In this document: positions 10,523 to 20,107 of the stretch, one piece after another | Layout of the letters: each line of letters starts with the position of its first letter | How positions within the stretch are numbered: position 1 is the stretch's first letter | Source of the DNA: Candidatus Bathyarchaeota archaeon | Lineage (GTDB): Archaea > Thermoproteota > Bathyarchaeia > Bathyarchaeales > Bathycorpusculaceae | Assembly (NCBI GenBank): GCA_963775685.1 | Contig: CAVZJV010000014.1 | Span: 128,001 to 192,000 of the forward strand | Length of the DNA stretch: 64,000 nt | Direction: 5' to 3' | Notes under the pieces: generated by a model | What the model was told of the DNA's origin: nothing | What the model saw: only the letters and a program-made list of their open reading frames with translations | Database searches by the model: none | Position numbers and translations under genes: made by a program

Positions 10523-11020
10523 TTGGTTATGGATGCTAAGAATGAAAGTTTGGAAGAATCAATCTTCAAAACATTAAGTAACCAAAAAAGAAGAGACATC
10601 TTGCGCTTCATCGGCGAAAACAAACAAGCAACGTTTACCGAAATTAAAAGAACCGTCGAAATTGAAGACAGTTCTTCAGTATCATACCATCTTAATAACC
10701 TACAATGCCTTATCGCTCAAAAAGACGAGAAATATAGTCTATCAGATCTTGGTCAAGAAGCCTACAACCTCATCGTTAAAACAAATGCCTATACTCAAAC
10801 AAGCATCGTGGTGAGCATTTTACGCAAACAATTATCTCTGTTGATTATTGCTAACGCGATTCTTTGGGTGATTGCACTCTTTGCCACAAACCAGTTTGAA
10901 GGCCTTCTCAGCCACAATATTACATTCACGTTTGTCGCATTATGGTTAACCAGCAATGCTTTGATTTATACAATTTTGAAGGGAACAAGCAAGGAAAAGC
11001 ACTGCTCTACTAAACTTTGA
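10523..11020 (+). CDS. ArsR-like winged-helix regulator with two C-terminal TM helices
   Basis: IFKTLSNQKRRDILRFI...FTEIK...SYHLNNL...YSLSDLG wHTH pattern followed by two hydrophobic segments. Confidence 0.8.
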   Translation: MVMDAKNESLEESIFKTLSNQKRRDILRFIGENKQATFTEIKRTVEIEDSSSVSYHLNNLQCLIAQKDEKYSLSDLGQEAYNLIVKTNAYTQTSIVVSILRKQLSLLIIANAILWVIALFATNQFEGLLSHNITFTFVALWLTSNALIYTILKGTSKEKHCSTKL

Positions 11021-11112
11021 TAATATGCGAATTGTAGGTTTTTTCGGCTTGGAGGTTTTTTAGAGAGGTTTTCCACAATCCATTTAACCCTCAAACCACT
11101 TCCCTAACCAAC

Positions 11113-12228
11113 ATGACCCTTCCTCAATCCGCCCGTGCACCGAAGACTCAAAGTTCAACAAAAAGAATTCTACGAATTTTCCTTCAAGTTGTGGTCATGG
11201 TTGCCATCTTTACCGTTTTAATTTGGTATATAGGCGTAGAGTCTCTTTATAATGCCTTGCTCACCATTAAAGTAGAATATTTGGCTCTTGCTTTTTTGAT
11301 GTATTTTGCAATAAATGTATTCTTTACGATAAGACTTAGAAGAGTTCTAAGTAAAGGGGGAGTAAGAACAAGTTTTGGCAAGACTCTTCTTGCTCAGTAC
11401 GCTGGAATGCTAACGAGCGACGTAACCCCTGGACGCTCAGGTTACATACTGACGCCCGTTTATCTACGCGACCAAAATGTACCCGCATCAAAGGGGCTCT
11501 CAAGCATCTTAGGTATACAAACGATTGAATTTCTGGTTAAAGTTATCGGCGGAGTTGGCGCGGCTATATTCCTGGTTAAGATGGTTCCAGCTGGCAATTG
11601 GCCATCAGCAACATTTTTGGGAATTAATGTTGCTTTTTTCGTGATAGGTCTTGGTATTGCTCTTATGCTAACCGGTGCTCTTTTGCTAGCTGCTTTTTCA
11701 TGGTCAGAGCGAGCTATATCCCTTTTTGACCGCTTAGCCAATTCCAGATTCTTAAAAAGATTCACTGGGGGAATAATGGGCAAACTTGAAGAATACAAAG
11801 ATAGTTCCCAAAAAACACGTTCAGCAATCCCAGAAATCTTCGGATTAACCATGATATGCTGGGTTTTAAAGGGTTTCGAATGGTACTTCTTAGGCATGGC
11901 CTTAGGAATAACGCTTAGTAGCAATTTCGCAATAGCGTGGCTAGGTTTCTTCCTAATTCACCCACTAGTAACTGCATTGGCGTTTGTTCCGATCACTCCT
12001 GCAGGAGCTGGTGTTCAAGAATTCGGAATTGTTGGGATTTTGACCTTGCTATTTGTCAATCCGACCACCGCTACATTGGGCGCTATCGGAGCATTTGCAA
12101 TCCTAGCTCGAGGCTTACTTATTGTTGAAGACCTCGCGGGAGTGCCTCAAATTGTGAAGTCAACGAGCCTAATTTTTTCACGGAAAAAACCTGGGTTAAC
12201 AAGCGTTTTGCCACCTGATTCGATTTAA
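11113..12228 (+). CDS. Flippase-like / lysylphosphatidylglycerol synthase TM-domain protein (UPF0104, AglD2-like)
   Basis: Polytopic membrane protein with VTPGRSG and PITPAGAGVQE motifs. Confidence 0.8.
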   Translation: MTLPQSARAPKTQSSTKRILRIFLQVVVMVAIFTVLIWYIGVESLYNALLTIKVEYLALAFLMYFAINVFFTIRLRRVLSKGGVRTSFGKTLLAQYAGMLTSDVTPGRSGYILTPVYLRDQNVPASKGLSSILGIQTIEFLVKVIGGVGAAIFLVKMVPAGNWPSATFLGINVAFFVIGLGIALMLTGALLLAAFSWSERAISLFDRLANSRFLKRFTGGIMGKLEEYKDSSQKTRSAIPEIFGLTMICWVLKGFEWYFLGMALGITLSSNFAIAWLGFFLIHPLVTALAFVPITPAGAGVQEFGIVGILTLLFVNPTTATLGAIGAFAILARGLLIVEDLAGVPQIVKSTSLIFSRKKPGLTSVLPPDSI

Positions 12229-12453
12229 GTTTGTTTCTGACCAGTGCGAGGGATACTGTCTGATTTTTGTAATTTTGATATAGCGGTTGGATATTTATGA
12301 TGATTTTGTTTTTTTTTTTTTTGGTGTTTTGATGTATTTTGGTTACAGTTTCCAATCAATATTAGTAATGTTTATTAAGAGTTACGATACGCTATACAGC
12401 TTGCGTTGCACATATGCAATGAAACGATCGAATGAACTGAAGAAGGATAGAAT

Positions 12454-12690
12454 ATGAAAAAAAAAGAAATGAATCTGTCCGAACCTTATTATTACATAGC
12501 ACTAGTTTTGAAGGGCAGCGAAAAACAGTATTTAGATTTGTTAAAATACGTCGGAAGCCGCAATGGTGCAAAAATGATTTATCAGTGTAAATCTCTGACA
12601 TATTTACGTGTAATTCGTGATGACGGAGTAAAAATTAAAGTTGCGGAGCCGTTTTTGTTTGATGCTGAACAGAGGGGCGAAATCCCATGA
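12454..12690 (+). CDS. Hypothetical protein, translationally coupled to the pilin gene
   Basis: 78 aa; its stop overlaps the pilin start (ATGA). Confidence 0.55.
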   Translation: MKKKEMNLSEPYYYIALVLKGSEKQYLDLLKYVGSRNGAKMIYQCKSLTYLRVIRDDGVKIKVAEPFLFDAEQRGEIP

Positions 12691-13124
12691 TGCAGTTCTT
12701 CAGAAATAAGCGTGGTTTAGGAGCGCCAGTTGGCAACCTTATCATTTTGATGGCAGCTGTCATACTTTCAACTACCGTAGTTCTCTTCGCTATGAACGTT
12801 ACCGCTAACCAAGTTCAAAAGGAAAGCCTCTACATATCACAAGCGAATCTGAACTTAACTTCTGGAGAAATCACAATCGTAAACACGGGCCCAACCTCCA
12901 TAATGATGAGGCAAATAATAATCAAGGGAGAAACCTTCACTAGCTACGTGAGCAACCCTGACATAGGTTTAGAAGGTCTCGCAAGGGGAGGAAACGCGAC
13001 CTTAACCATTACGTTAGCAGGTGTATTAACTAGCAACGACATAGGCAGACCAATCACAATTGTAATCTCCACAACCCAAGCGTCATATTTCATTGAAACA
13101 CTTGTACAAGCCAGTTCTGCATGA
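12687..13124 (+). CDS. Type IV pilin/archaellin-like protein
   Basis: Canonical class III signal peptide RNKRG|LGAPVGNLIILMAAVILSTTVVLFA; V-N-T-G motif in the beta domain. Confidence 0.85.
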   Translation: MMQFFRNKRGLGAPVGNLIILMAAVILSTTVVLFAMNVTANQVQKESLYISQANLNLTSGEITIVNTGPTSIMMRQIIIKGETFTSYVSNPDIGLEGLARGGNATLTITLAGVLTSNDIGRPITIVISTTQASYFIETLVQASSA

Positions 13125-13240
13125 GGAGGCTTTCTGGTTCCTTCTAAAGATGAGTCTTTCAAGCTCCTGTTAAAAGCTAAACGCTTTAGCTCCTTTTTGT
13201 TTTTCTTCAAAAATAGCCTTTTTCTTGAATTAGTTAAAAT

Positions 13241-13394
13241 TGGTCGGGAGAGCAGGATTTGAACCTGCGACGGCTCGGTATCTGTGGCCTAGACAGGCTA
13301 GAATGAAGCCCACCATGGGTAGACCTCTACAGCTTCTCCACCAGCTAAGCGTGTTAGCTAGCTCGAGAGCTCTGCCAGGCTGAGCTACCTCCCG
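13241..13394 (-). tRNA. tRNA-Tyr(GTA) with two BHB introns (30/31 at 13334-13363; 37/38 at 13280-13326), CCA encoded
   Basis: Removing 30 + 47 nt gives a 77-nt cloverleaf: C1:G72 and A73 (Tyr identity elements), anticodon stem CTCGG/CCGAG, loop CT-GTA-GA, T-loop GTTCAAATC. Both introns form bulge-helix-bulge motifs. Confidence 0.93.
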
Positions 13395-13511
13395 ACGTGA
13401 GTCCATAAAGACAAGAGATGGGAATTTATGTGTTTTGGAATTGCACGCAGTGTAACAAACGTACTAAACGTTTTAATCTTTTAGTAAGAGTGAACTACTG
13501 AGGCTTAGAAA

Positions 13512-14477
13512 TTGGCTAAAACCATAGGCATTGTTACTTCAGGCGGCGATGCACCGGGCATGAACGCGGCGATACGTGCGGTGACGCGTGTTGGGCACTC
13601 GATGGGTTTTCAAATAATCGGGTTTGAACGAGGCTGGGACGGGTTATTAACTAATTATTTCAAAAAGTTGACTCCGCGCAGTGTAGGCGGAATAATCCAA
13701 CTTGGTGGCACTATGCTTCATACGCTTCGTTGTCCCGCTTTTGAGGAGCCCGGTGGCGTTGAAACAGGCGCAGAAACCCTGCGGAAAAACAACATTGATG
13801 CTTTGGTGGTTATTGGTGGTGATGGGTCATTTCGTGGAGCTTTAGCGTTGGGCAAGAAGTCGGATGCTTTAATGGTTGGGATTCCAGCAACTATCGACAA
13901 CGACGTATACGGCACGGATGAAACAATCGGCTTTGACACAGCAGTTAATACGGCTGTGGACTCAATTGACAAAATAAGAGATACAGCGATTTCTCATGAG
14001 AGAATTTTTATTGTCGAGGTTATGGGTCGCAAGAGGGGATTCTTGGCGCTTGAGGTGGGAATCTGTATTGGTGCAGAAGTTATTTTGATTCCTGAAAATC
14101 CTATGCAACTTAAAGACATATGTGGTATAATGAATAGTAACGCAAAGAAAGGCAAGAGGGCTGGAATAATGGTTGCCGCCGAAGGATTTGGTAACTCAAG
14201 TGAATTAGCGCAGGAAATACAGCGTCAAACAGAATTTGAGGTGCGGCTTTCAATTCTGGGATATGCTCAACGTGGGGGAAGTCCAACGGCTCGAAGTAGG
14301 TTGCTTGCTAGTTTATTTGCTGAAAGAGCTGTTGAGTTGGTCTGTGAAGGAAAAGGCAACATGGCTGTTGGATTGCAGAAGGGTGAAGTTACCAGTTGTG
14401 CGCTTGAGAAATCCGCTAATGACCGAAAGCATTTGGATATGCGGATGCTAAAAGTGGCAGAAATGCTCTCGATCTAA
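13512..14477 (+). CDS. pfkA: ATP-dependent 6-phosphofructokinase, bacterial PfkA family
   Basis: TSGGDAPGMNAAIRAV, GGDGS, PATIDND, IGFDTA, VEVMGR and LGYAQRGG motifs. Confidence 0.95.
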   Translation: MAKTIGIVTSGGDAPGMNAAIRAVTRVGHSMGFQIIGFERGWDGLLTNYFKKLTPRSVGGIIQLGGTMLHTLRCPAFEEPGGVETGAETLRKNNIDALVVIGGDGSFRGALALGKKSDALMVGIPATIDNDVYGTDETIGFDTAVNTAVDSIDKIRDTAISHERIFIVEVMGRKRGFLALEVGICIGAEVILIPENPMQLKDICGIMNSNAKKGKRAGIMVAAEGFGNSSELAQEIQRQTEFEVRLSILGYAQRGGSPTARSRLLASLFAERAVELVCEGKGNMAVGLQKGEVTSCALEKSANDRKHLDMRMLKVAEMLSI

Positions 14478-14500
14478 ACTTTTCCTTTTTTGTTTTTCAC

Positions 14501-15762
14501 TTATAGCAGTGATTCGTAGATTTTAATTGTTTGTTCATCGACTTTTTGCCAGGTAAAATATTCTAGAACTCTTCGTCTGCCATTTTCGCCCCAGTTCTTG
14601 GCTTTTTCTGGGTTTTTTAGAGTTTCCTTTATGCCCCAAGCTAGATCCTCAGGGTCCTCAGCGTTAATATGCACACCGGTTTGATCGGTTCCGCCGTTAA
14701 CTACTTGTTCCTTAAAGCCAACTGCGCCGTGGGCGCCCACAACTACGGGCTTCTCCATAGCCATTGCTTCTAAACTGACAATTCCAAAAGGCTCATAAAC
14801 TGATGGAAAAATGCATACGTCTGAGGCAGCGTAATGTGATTCTTTCTTTTTCTGAGACAAAGTCGAATCGGTAAACGATGTTGCTTTTTATGTTTAATCT
14901 TTCAGCTGTTTCCACGATGTCGTTTTGTTCGTCGCCTTTGCCTAAAATAACCAGTTTAGTGTTAGGGTACTCTTTTAGAACCATGGGCATTGCTTGCAAC
15001 AGGTTACGTACGCCCTTTACCCAGGTAAGTCTTCCTACGAAAAGCAGCATGTTCCAATCGTTTGGAATGCCATATTTCTTTCTGATTGCAATTACATCTT
15101 GTTTTTGAACATTAACTGGTCATAGCGTTCAGGATCCACGCCGTTCCAGACGACGCTAATTTTGCCTGGTGGCCAGCCGTGTTTTAAGAGGTCTGCTTGC
15201 ATGGCGTAGCTTACAGTTATTATTTTGTCTGAGTTTTGAGCCATGGCGTTTTCAAAATGCGACACAACTTCGGAGCCTTGTCCACCGCTTCTGCCCCACT
15301 CAGTGCTATGCGTATGGAAAACAACTGGGATTTTGATTTCATTCTTGATAACTAAACCTGCGATGCTGCTTAGCCAATCGTGGCAGCAGACTATGTCAAA
15401 ATTGTAGCCTTCTTTTTTTTTATCAAGCCGTTGATGAATTTGGTTGCGCTTAGAATTTTTTAGATGAAGATGTCTTTGAAGAATTTGATGTTGGTGCCCC
15501 ATTTTTTCAAGTCATCCACCACAAAGAACGGCCAGATATTGCTTGCGCCAGCTATTTGGGGTCGGTGAACTTCTACTCCTTTCATTATTTCTCTAGTTTT
15601 TAGGCCGTTGTTGTTTAATGTGAAGACACAAACATCATGTCCGATGTCAACGTATTGTTTAGTGATATATTCGGCATATGTGCCTAAGCCGCCAACGAGT
15701 TGCGGTGGGTATTCATAAACGAAAAAGCCTATCCTCAAAAAAGTCACCTGTAGCTTGGTCAA
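14501..15762 (-). pseudogene. GT4 glycosyltransferase (glycogen synthase-like), split into 4 ORFs by frameshifts
   Basis: Collinear fragments EYPP..GGLG / HDWL..HTHSTE..NGVD / FVGRL..KG / PSVYEPFGIVSLEAMA in different frames. Confidence 0.85.
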
Positions 15763-15810
15763 CAGTATATTTGCTGGATATTTAATAGTTTAAAAAACAC
15801 AAGTACGGAA

Positions 15811-17004
15811 TTAGGGCGTTTGGTTCCAATTGTAAACCTGCGAATAGTTGCCTTTAAGCGGAAACGCTGGGTTACTGTAAATTATGTCTAAGCGCAAACC
15901 ATACTCCGAAAGCAGTTGGCGTGTCGTGTTCCAGATTTGCAGTGAAAGCTCATCTGGACCCCAGTACCATATTTTGTCGTCGATTCTCCTCATTTCCCAC
16001 CCGTAGTTTTCGGGCAATCCGCGGGTGATTTTTTGGGTTTGGATGTCACTCCAAAAGTTTTGCAGCGCTTGGAAATGCTCGTCGGTCATTACACCGTAGG
16101 GATTGTCAACGGGGTTTTGGGGGTAGTCAAAGAGTACAATATAGTTTGCTCCGGCTGTATAGGACAGCTGCATTTGCTTGTAGATTTCTGGTCCTGTATC
16201 GAGGTAGGGTGGGTCATCGTATTTCCAAGTTATCACTGTGCCCCACTCTTTACCTTGCAGTTTTGCTGCGCCCCTAACTAGGGCTATGTCTTGAGTGAAT
16301 GAATCGTTCCAGCCGATTTGTGTAAAGACAACATCCCAGCCGCTTAGGTAAGTGTACCAGTGAAGTGCATATTCTGAGGTAAAGGTCGTAATTGAACGGT
16401 TTTGCAGGGCGCGAAGTCCGCTGTCTCGTTTAAGCGTGTCTACGTACACTTCTGCCGCTGACTGGTAGTCGCGGGTAAGATTGCCATTAAGAAAATCCTG
16501 AATAGCCGGAGCGTGAGTTTTATAGATAGAAGAATTCTGGAGTCGCGAATTATAGACCGAAAAGTAATGGGTCCAGTTGGAGTAGGGAATGTCCAGTTGA
16601 ATTCCGCCTGGTTCATCGTAATAGTAGATTCCTAGAAGATGCGTACCGTATTTTTGGACAGTAGAGCCAATCCAGGGTAGCTGCCAGGGCTGGTCGGGGT
16701 CAAAGATGCCGAAAAATGGAATTATATCAAGTCCTTGGTGTGTTGCGTAATCTGCTATCTCGGTTAGGCTGGTTTCGTTCTTGCTAACAGGTCCCGACTG
16801 GATAACCAAGAGGTTAGTGTAGTTTTTGACTCGGTCTATTAGGAGTCTTGCTTCTGCTGTGGTGTTTCCGCAGAATGAAACGCCAACATGAAAGGATTCT
16901 TGTTTGTTTTCGCTCTTGCTTACAATGTTATAGTTAATCAAAGCAGCAGCTATAACTGACAGTATCAAAAGTGTTGTAGCCGCTAAAATTGTCGCTTGTT
17001 TCAT
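15811..17004 (-). CDS. Membrane-anchored hypothetical protein, possibly glycoside hydrolase-like TIM barrel
   Basis: 397 aa; N-terminal TM; [11 protein letters not shown] and FTSEYAL.WY motifs; aromatic-rich. Confidence 0.6.
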   Translation of the reverse strand: MKQATILAATTLLILSVIAAALINYNIVSKSENKQESFHVGVSFCGNTTAEARLLIDRVKNYTNLLVIQSGPVSKNETSLTEIADYATHQGLDIIPFFGIFDPDQPWQLPWIGSTVQKYGTHLLGIYYYDEPGGIQLDIPYSNWTHYFSVYNSRLQNSSIYKTHAPAIQDFLNGNLTRDYQSAAEVYVDTLKRDSGLRALQNRSITTFTSEYALHWYTYLSGWDVVFTQIGWNDSFTQDIALVRGAAKLQGKEWGTVITWKYDDPPYLDTGPEIYKQMQLSYTAGANYIVLFDYPQNPVDNPYGVMTDEHFQALQNFWSDIQTQKITRGLPENYGWEMRRIDDKIWYWGPDELSLQIWNTTRQLLSEYGLRLDIIYSNPAFPLKGNYSQVYNWNQTP

Positions 17005-17115
17005 TAAGCCAAGTTCTCACATTCGTTCTTAGTTTTCTATTGGAGACTTTGTTTATTTAATTTTCTTGTATGTGAGGGTATATGCTTTTATTTCGTGAAT
17101 GGTAAGTTTGGTTAG

Positions 17116-17661
17116 GTGCAAAATTTGAAGTCCGCGTTAGTGATTTATTTTTCAAGCACAGGAAACACAAAGAAAGCCGCATACGCCATCAAAGAAGGAC
17201 TTGAATCTGGCGGAATGCAGGTTGATTTAAAGAAGCCCCAAGAGGCGTCGGAAACCGATTTTTTCGATTATAACTTGGTTTGTGTGGGTTCGCCCTCGAT
17301 TGAGTGGCAACCGGCTAAACCCATCTCTGAGCTTTTGAAGGTTAAACTGAACCTCTACCGCAGTCAGGGAAAAATTAAGCCCTCCGCTCCAAAGGTTACG
17401 GGAAATAACGCACTTATCTTCTGCACTTATTCAGGTCCACACACAGGAATGGATGAGGCAACACCCGCAGGAAAAACCATGAGGCAATACTTTGAGCATT
17501 TCGGCTTTAACATCGTTGGCGAATGGTATGTTGTGGGCGAATTTCATGGGCGAGAAGATATGAGCACTTTGGGCAGACTCGGCGACATCAGAGGCAAGCC
17601 CACCGCGGAAGATTTGATGAAACTTAAAAAAGATGCAGAGCAAATCGCCAAGAGCCTCTAA
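17116..17661 (+). CDS. Flavodoxin-like protein
   Basis: YFSSTGNTKKAA FMN-binding loop, VGSP, FCTYSG. Confidence 0.88.
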   Translation: MQNLKSALVIYFSSTGNTKKAAYAIKEGLESGGMQVDLKKPQEASETDFFDYNLVCVGSPSIEWQPAKPISELLKVKLNLYRSQGKIKPSAPKVTGNNALIFCTYSGPHTGMDEATPAGKTMRQYFEHFGFNIVGEWYVVGEFHGREDMSTLGRLGDIRGKPTAEDLMKLKKDAEQIAKSL

Positions 17662-17666
17662 ACACG

Positions 17667-17954
17667 GTGATAGTTGTGGTTAAGTCTGTTGAGTTGCCTT
17701 TGAGGGTTTTTGAAGATTTACTTAAAGTCTCTGAGGAATTGTCAATGATGGCAAAAAAGCCCATTTCAACCTCCATGGCTATAGATTTGCTGATGGAAAT
17801 TTACCGTGCCCACCTCAACAACCCCTGCGCCTTGGATGCTTTTAGTCTGCAACTCAAAAGCCTAAACATCATGTCTCCAGAGGAATTCGACAAATATTGG
17901 GATGAACCTACAAAAACGGTAACAGCAAAGACCAAAGTAAAAACCAAAAAATGA
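17667..17954 (+). CDS. Hypothetical protein (possible RHH-like DNA binder)
   Basis: 95 aa, 5 bp after flavodoxin; beta-alpha-alpha-like N-terminus (KSVELPLRVFEDL...SMAIDLL). Confidence 0.55.
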   Translation: MIVVVKSVELPLRVFEDLLKVSEELSMMAKKPISTSMAIDLLMEIYRAHLNNPCALDAFSLQLKSLNIMSPEEFDKYWDEPTKTVTAKTKVKTKK

Positions 17955-18302
17955 TAGTTGCGTTAGATTTAGTGGGTTAAGCTGTTTTGTTTTGTGTGGT
18001 CTGCTTATTTGTTTTTGTTTGATTGTTGCAACTGGTGTGCATTTTTTAGTTGCAACAACAACTTCTCCCAGGGGCTCTTCTGACCAATGTTTTAGAAAAA
18101 CCAAATCTTGTTTAGCTTTCAGGCCTGCCCTCAAAATCTTTCATTTTTGATTTAACATGTTTAGCGGCTTCGAAAACAACTGTACTACATACCATTAATT
18201 GTTCCAGCAAAACCACCACCAGGATTCAAAACACCAAAACAAATTTACAGCCAAAGCCACCGAAAGCTCTAAATGCCCTTATCACCGTGTTTTTCCAGAA
18301 TT

Positions 18303-18377
18303 GGGCCGGTAGATCAGCCTGGTATGATCGCCGCGTTCGCAACGCGGAAGCCGCGGGTTCAAATCCCGCCCGGTCCA
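18303..18377 (+). tRNA. tRNA-Ala(CGC), no intron, CCA not encoded
   Basis: Acceptor GGGCCGG/CCGGTCC with G3:U70 and A73; anticodon arm CCGCG-TT CGC AA-CGCGG; T arm GCGGG TTCAAAT CCCGC. Confidence 0.95.
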
Positions 18378-18692
18378 CTTTTACGTCCGCTCGCCCCCTT
18401 TTTGAGTCGCCTCTAACGTTGGAGGTAATTTTAGACCTTAAAAAGCAAGGAAAAGCGGAAGAAACCATAATCGGCTACAGCAGAAGGTTAAGGCACCTTG
18501 CAAAAAACACCGACATCAACAACCCAGAAACCGTAAAAGAATACATCACTAATAAAGAATCAAGCAATGCAAACAAAGAAGCATACGCAAACGCCTACTA
18601 CCATTTCGTCAAATTCTACTCCTTAAAATAGCAAAAACCGTTTTTTAGCAGAGAGAAAAGAATGCCCACTGTTCCTACAACCTCACGTTCAT
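18350..18692 (+). mobile_element. Truncated tyrosine-recombinase/integrase remnant in frame with the tRNA-Ala 3' end
   Basis: Frame reads AGSNPARST...LKKQGKAEETIIGYSRRLRHL...NPETVKEYI...ANAYYHFVKFYSLK*QKPFFSREKRMPTVPT. This resembles an integrase core-binding domain with a TAG in place of a likely Trp; the catalytic domain is missing. Confidence 0.65.
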
Positions 18693-19108
18693 GAAGGTTC
18701 AATAATTCTTTAATCTGGTTAAGTTTTGACAGTTACTCAAAGTTGGATTCATATTAGAAATTTCTTTATCCATATGAATTGTTTCTTCTTTGATAGATTT
18801 CTCCTAATTGAGATCCAAATTCAGTTAGGGAACCATAAAACGGAGGTTTCCCTTATGCTTTTAGGTTAGCCGATTTTGAAATTTTCCTTTCTGTGATAAA
18901 ATTCTAAGTGATTTTGAATCGCGCGCAAGTTAATGAAAAAATTTGAAGGATGGAAAAGATAAGATATATGTTATCTTACGGATTGTCCTGTAACTCCAAG
19001 TTAGTCTCTGGAAACATGAGATTGGAAATAAGTAAGTAGGCACAACAAAGCCTTTCCAGCTCAAATGTTAAGCCGCATTTTTTTGAATTTTTGGGAAGTG
19101 AAAAAGAA

Positions 19109-19150
19109 GTATGCGTGAATTTATGAGACGTATGCGTGAATTTATGAGAC
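19109..19150. repeat. Perfect 21-bp tandem duplication GTATGCGTGAATTTATGAGAC x2
   Basis: Copies at 19109-19129 and 19130-19150; the second copy contains the stop codon of the B12-binding gene. Confidence 0.95.
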
Positions 19151-19591
19151 TTTAGATTTTGTTTGTTTTTGTTCTATTACTTTCTTTGCTAAAGTAACTG
19201 CATCTTCTCTTGTCTTTCCATATAATACACCGATTTTGTCTGCATCTTCTTTGGTTATAGCAGCACCACCTATCATGACTGCAACTTTGTCCTTTAATCC
19301 TTCAACTTCTAAAGCTGAAATCAGTTTTAGAAGATTCTCTTTAGCAGCAGAAATACTAACAGTGACTACAATGATGTCAGCGTTTGCCTCTTTAGCTTTT
19401 GAAACAAAAGCTGCAACAGAAGCTCCTTTCCCAACATCAACAGTTTTAAACTGTGCAGTTTTAAGAGATTTTCTAACCATCTCTTTAGCAGTATCTATCA
19501 TGTCCGGATGAAGAGTGCCTATAACAATTGTTCCAATGGGATTAGCTGGTTCAGATGGCTCTTTTTCCCTCATAGCTTTTAACCAAGACAT
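19142..19591 (-). CDS. Cobalamin (B12)-binding domain protein, corrinoid protein-like, lacking the DxHxxG His
   Basis: IVIGTLHPDMIDTAKEMV...FKTVDVG...ADIIVVT...VMIGGAAIT..DADKIG matches the methyltransferase corrinoid protein Rossmann pattern. Confidence 0.8.
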   Translation of the reverse strand: MSWLKAMREKEPSEPANPIGTIVIGTLHPDMIDTAKEMVRKSLKTAQFKTVDVGKGASVAAFVSKAKEANADIIVVTVSISAAKENLLKLISALEVEGLKDKVAVMIGGAAITKEDADKIGVLYGKTREDAVTLAKKVIEQKQTKSKVS

Positions 19592-19739
19592 ACAAAAATC
19601 AAATCCTCTATTCTTCTAAATCCGTTCTTATCTTGCTAAAATAATGGACTCAAAACTAGTATAATTAAGAATTGCCCATTGATGAAAAAGACAAAGTTTT
19701 TGATTTACTGATTACGAGAACTAACTATTTTGCCTGTTT

Positions 19740-19967
19740 CTAAGTATCCACGCAATTTCGTAGGTGTGTTATTCTAGAATGGACAAATTCTTGTTCTGCA
19801 AGGGCTTTTTGTATTAGGTCTTGGATGGCTGAGTTCATGTTGCCTTTAAAGTATGGTTTTACTATCTTTTCGGTAAACTCTGTGAATAAAGAGGCTGGAA
19901 CGTTGTGAAATGTTAAGTCTATGAGGAACCCATTTTCCATTATTGCGTTCGGTGTTCTTTTTTTCAT
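19740..19967 (-). CDS. Small hypothetical protein (RHH-like)
   Basis: 75 aa; IDLTFHNVP..LF.EF...MNSAIQDLIQKAL beta-alpha-alpha pattern. Confidence 0.5.
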   Translation of the reverse strand: MKKRTPNAIMENGFLIDLTFHNVPASLFTEFTEKIVKPYFKGNMNSAIQDLIQKALAEQEFVHSRITHLRNCVDT

Positions 19968-20107
19968 GTTTACCGGTTATTTCTAAGACAGTGTGGCCTT
20001 AAATAGTTTATGAAGTATTACGATTTATTGGCAGTGTTGAGGGGGAACGAACTCTGGAACTTGATAGTTGTATAAATTGTAAAAGAACCTGTCAGTGCTA
20101 TTTCTTC

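Noticed and set aside
18226-18468. 80-aa minus-strand ORF and the N-terminal part of the 114-aa plus-strand ORF
   Set aside because: These are translations of the tRNA-Ala gene; only the part from the tRNA 3' end onward looks integrase-like.
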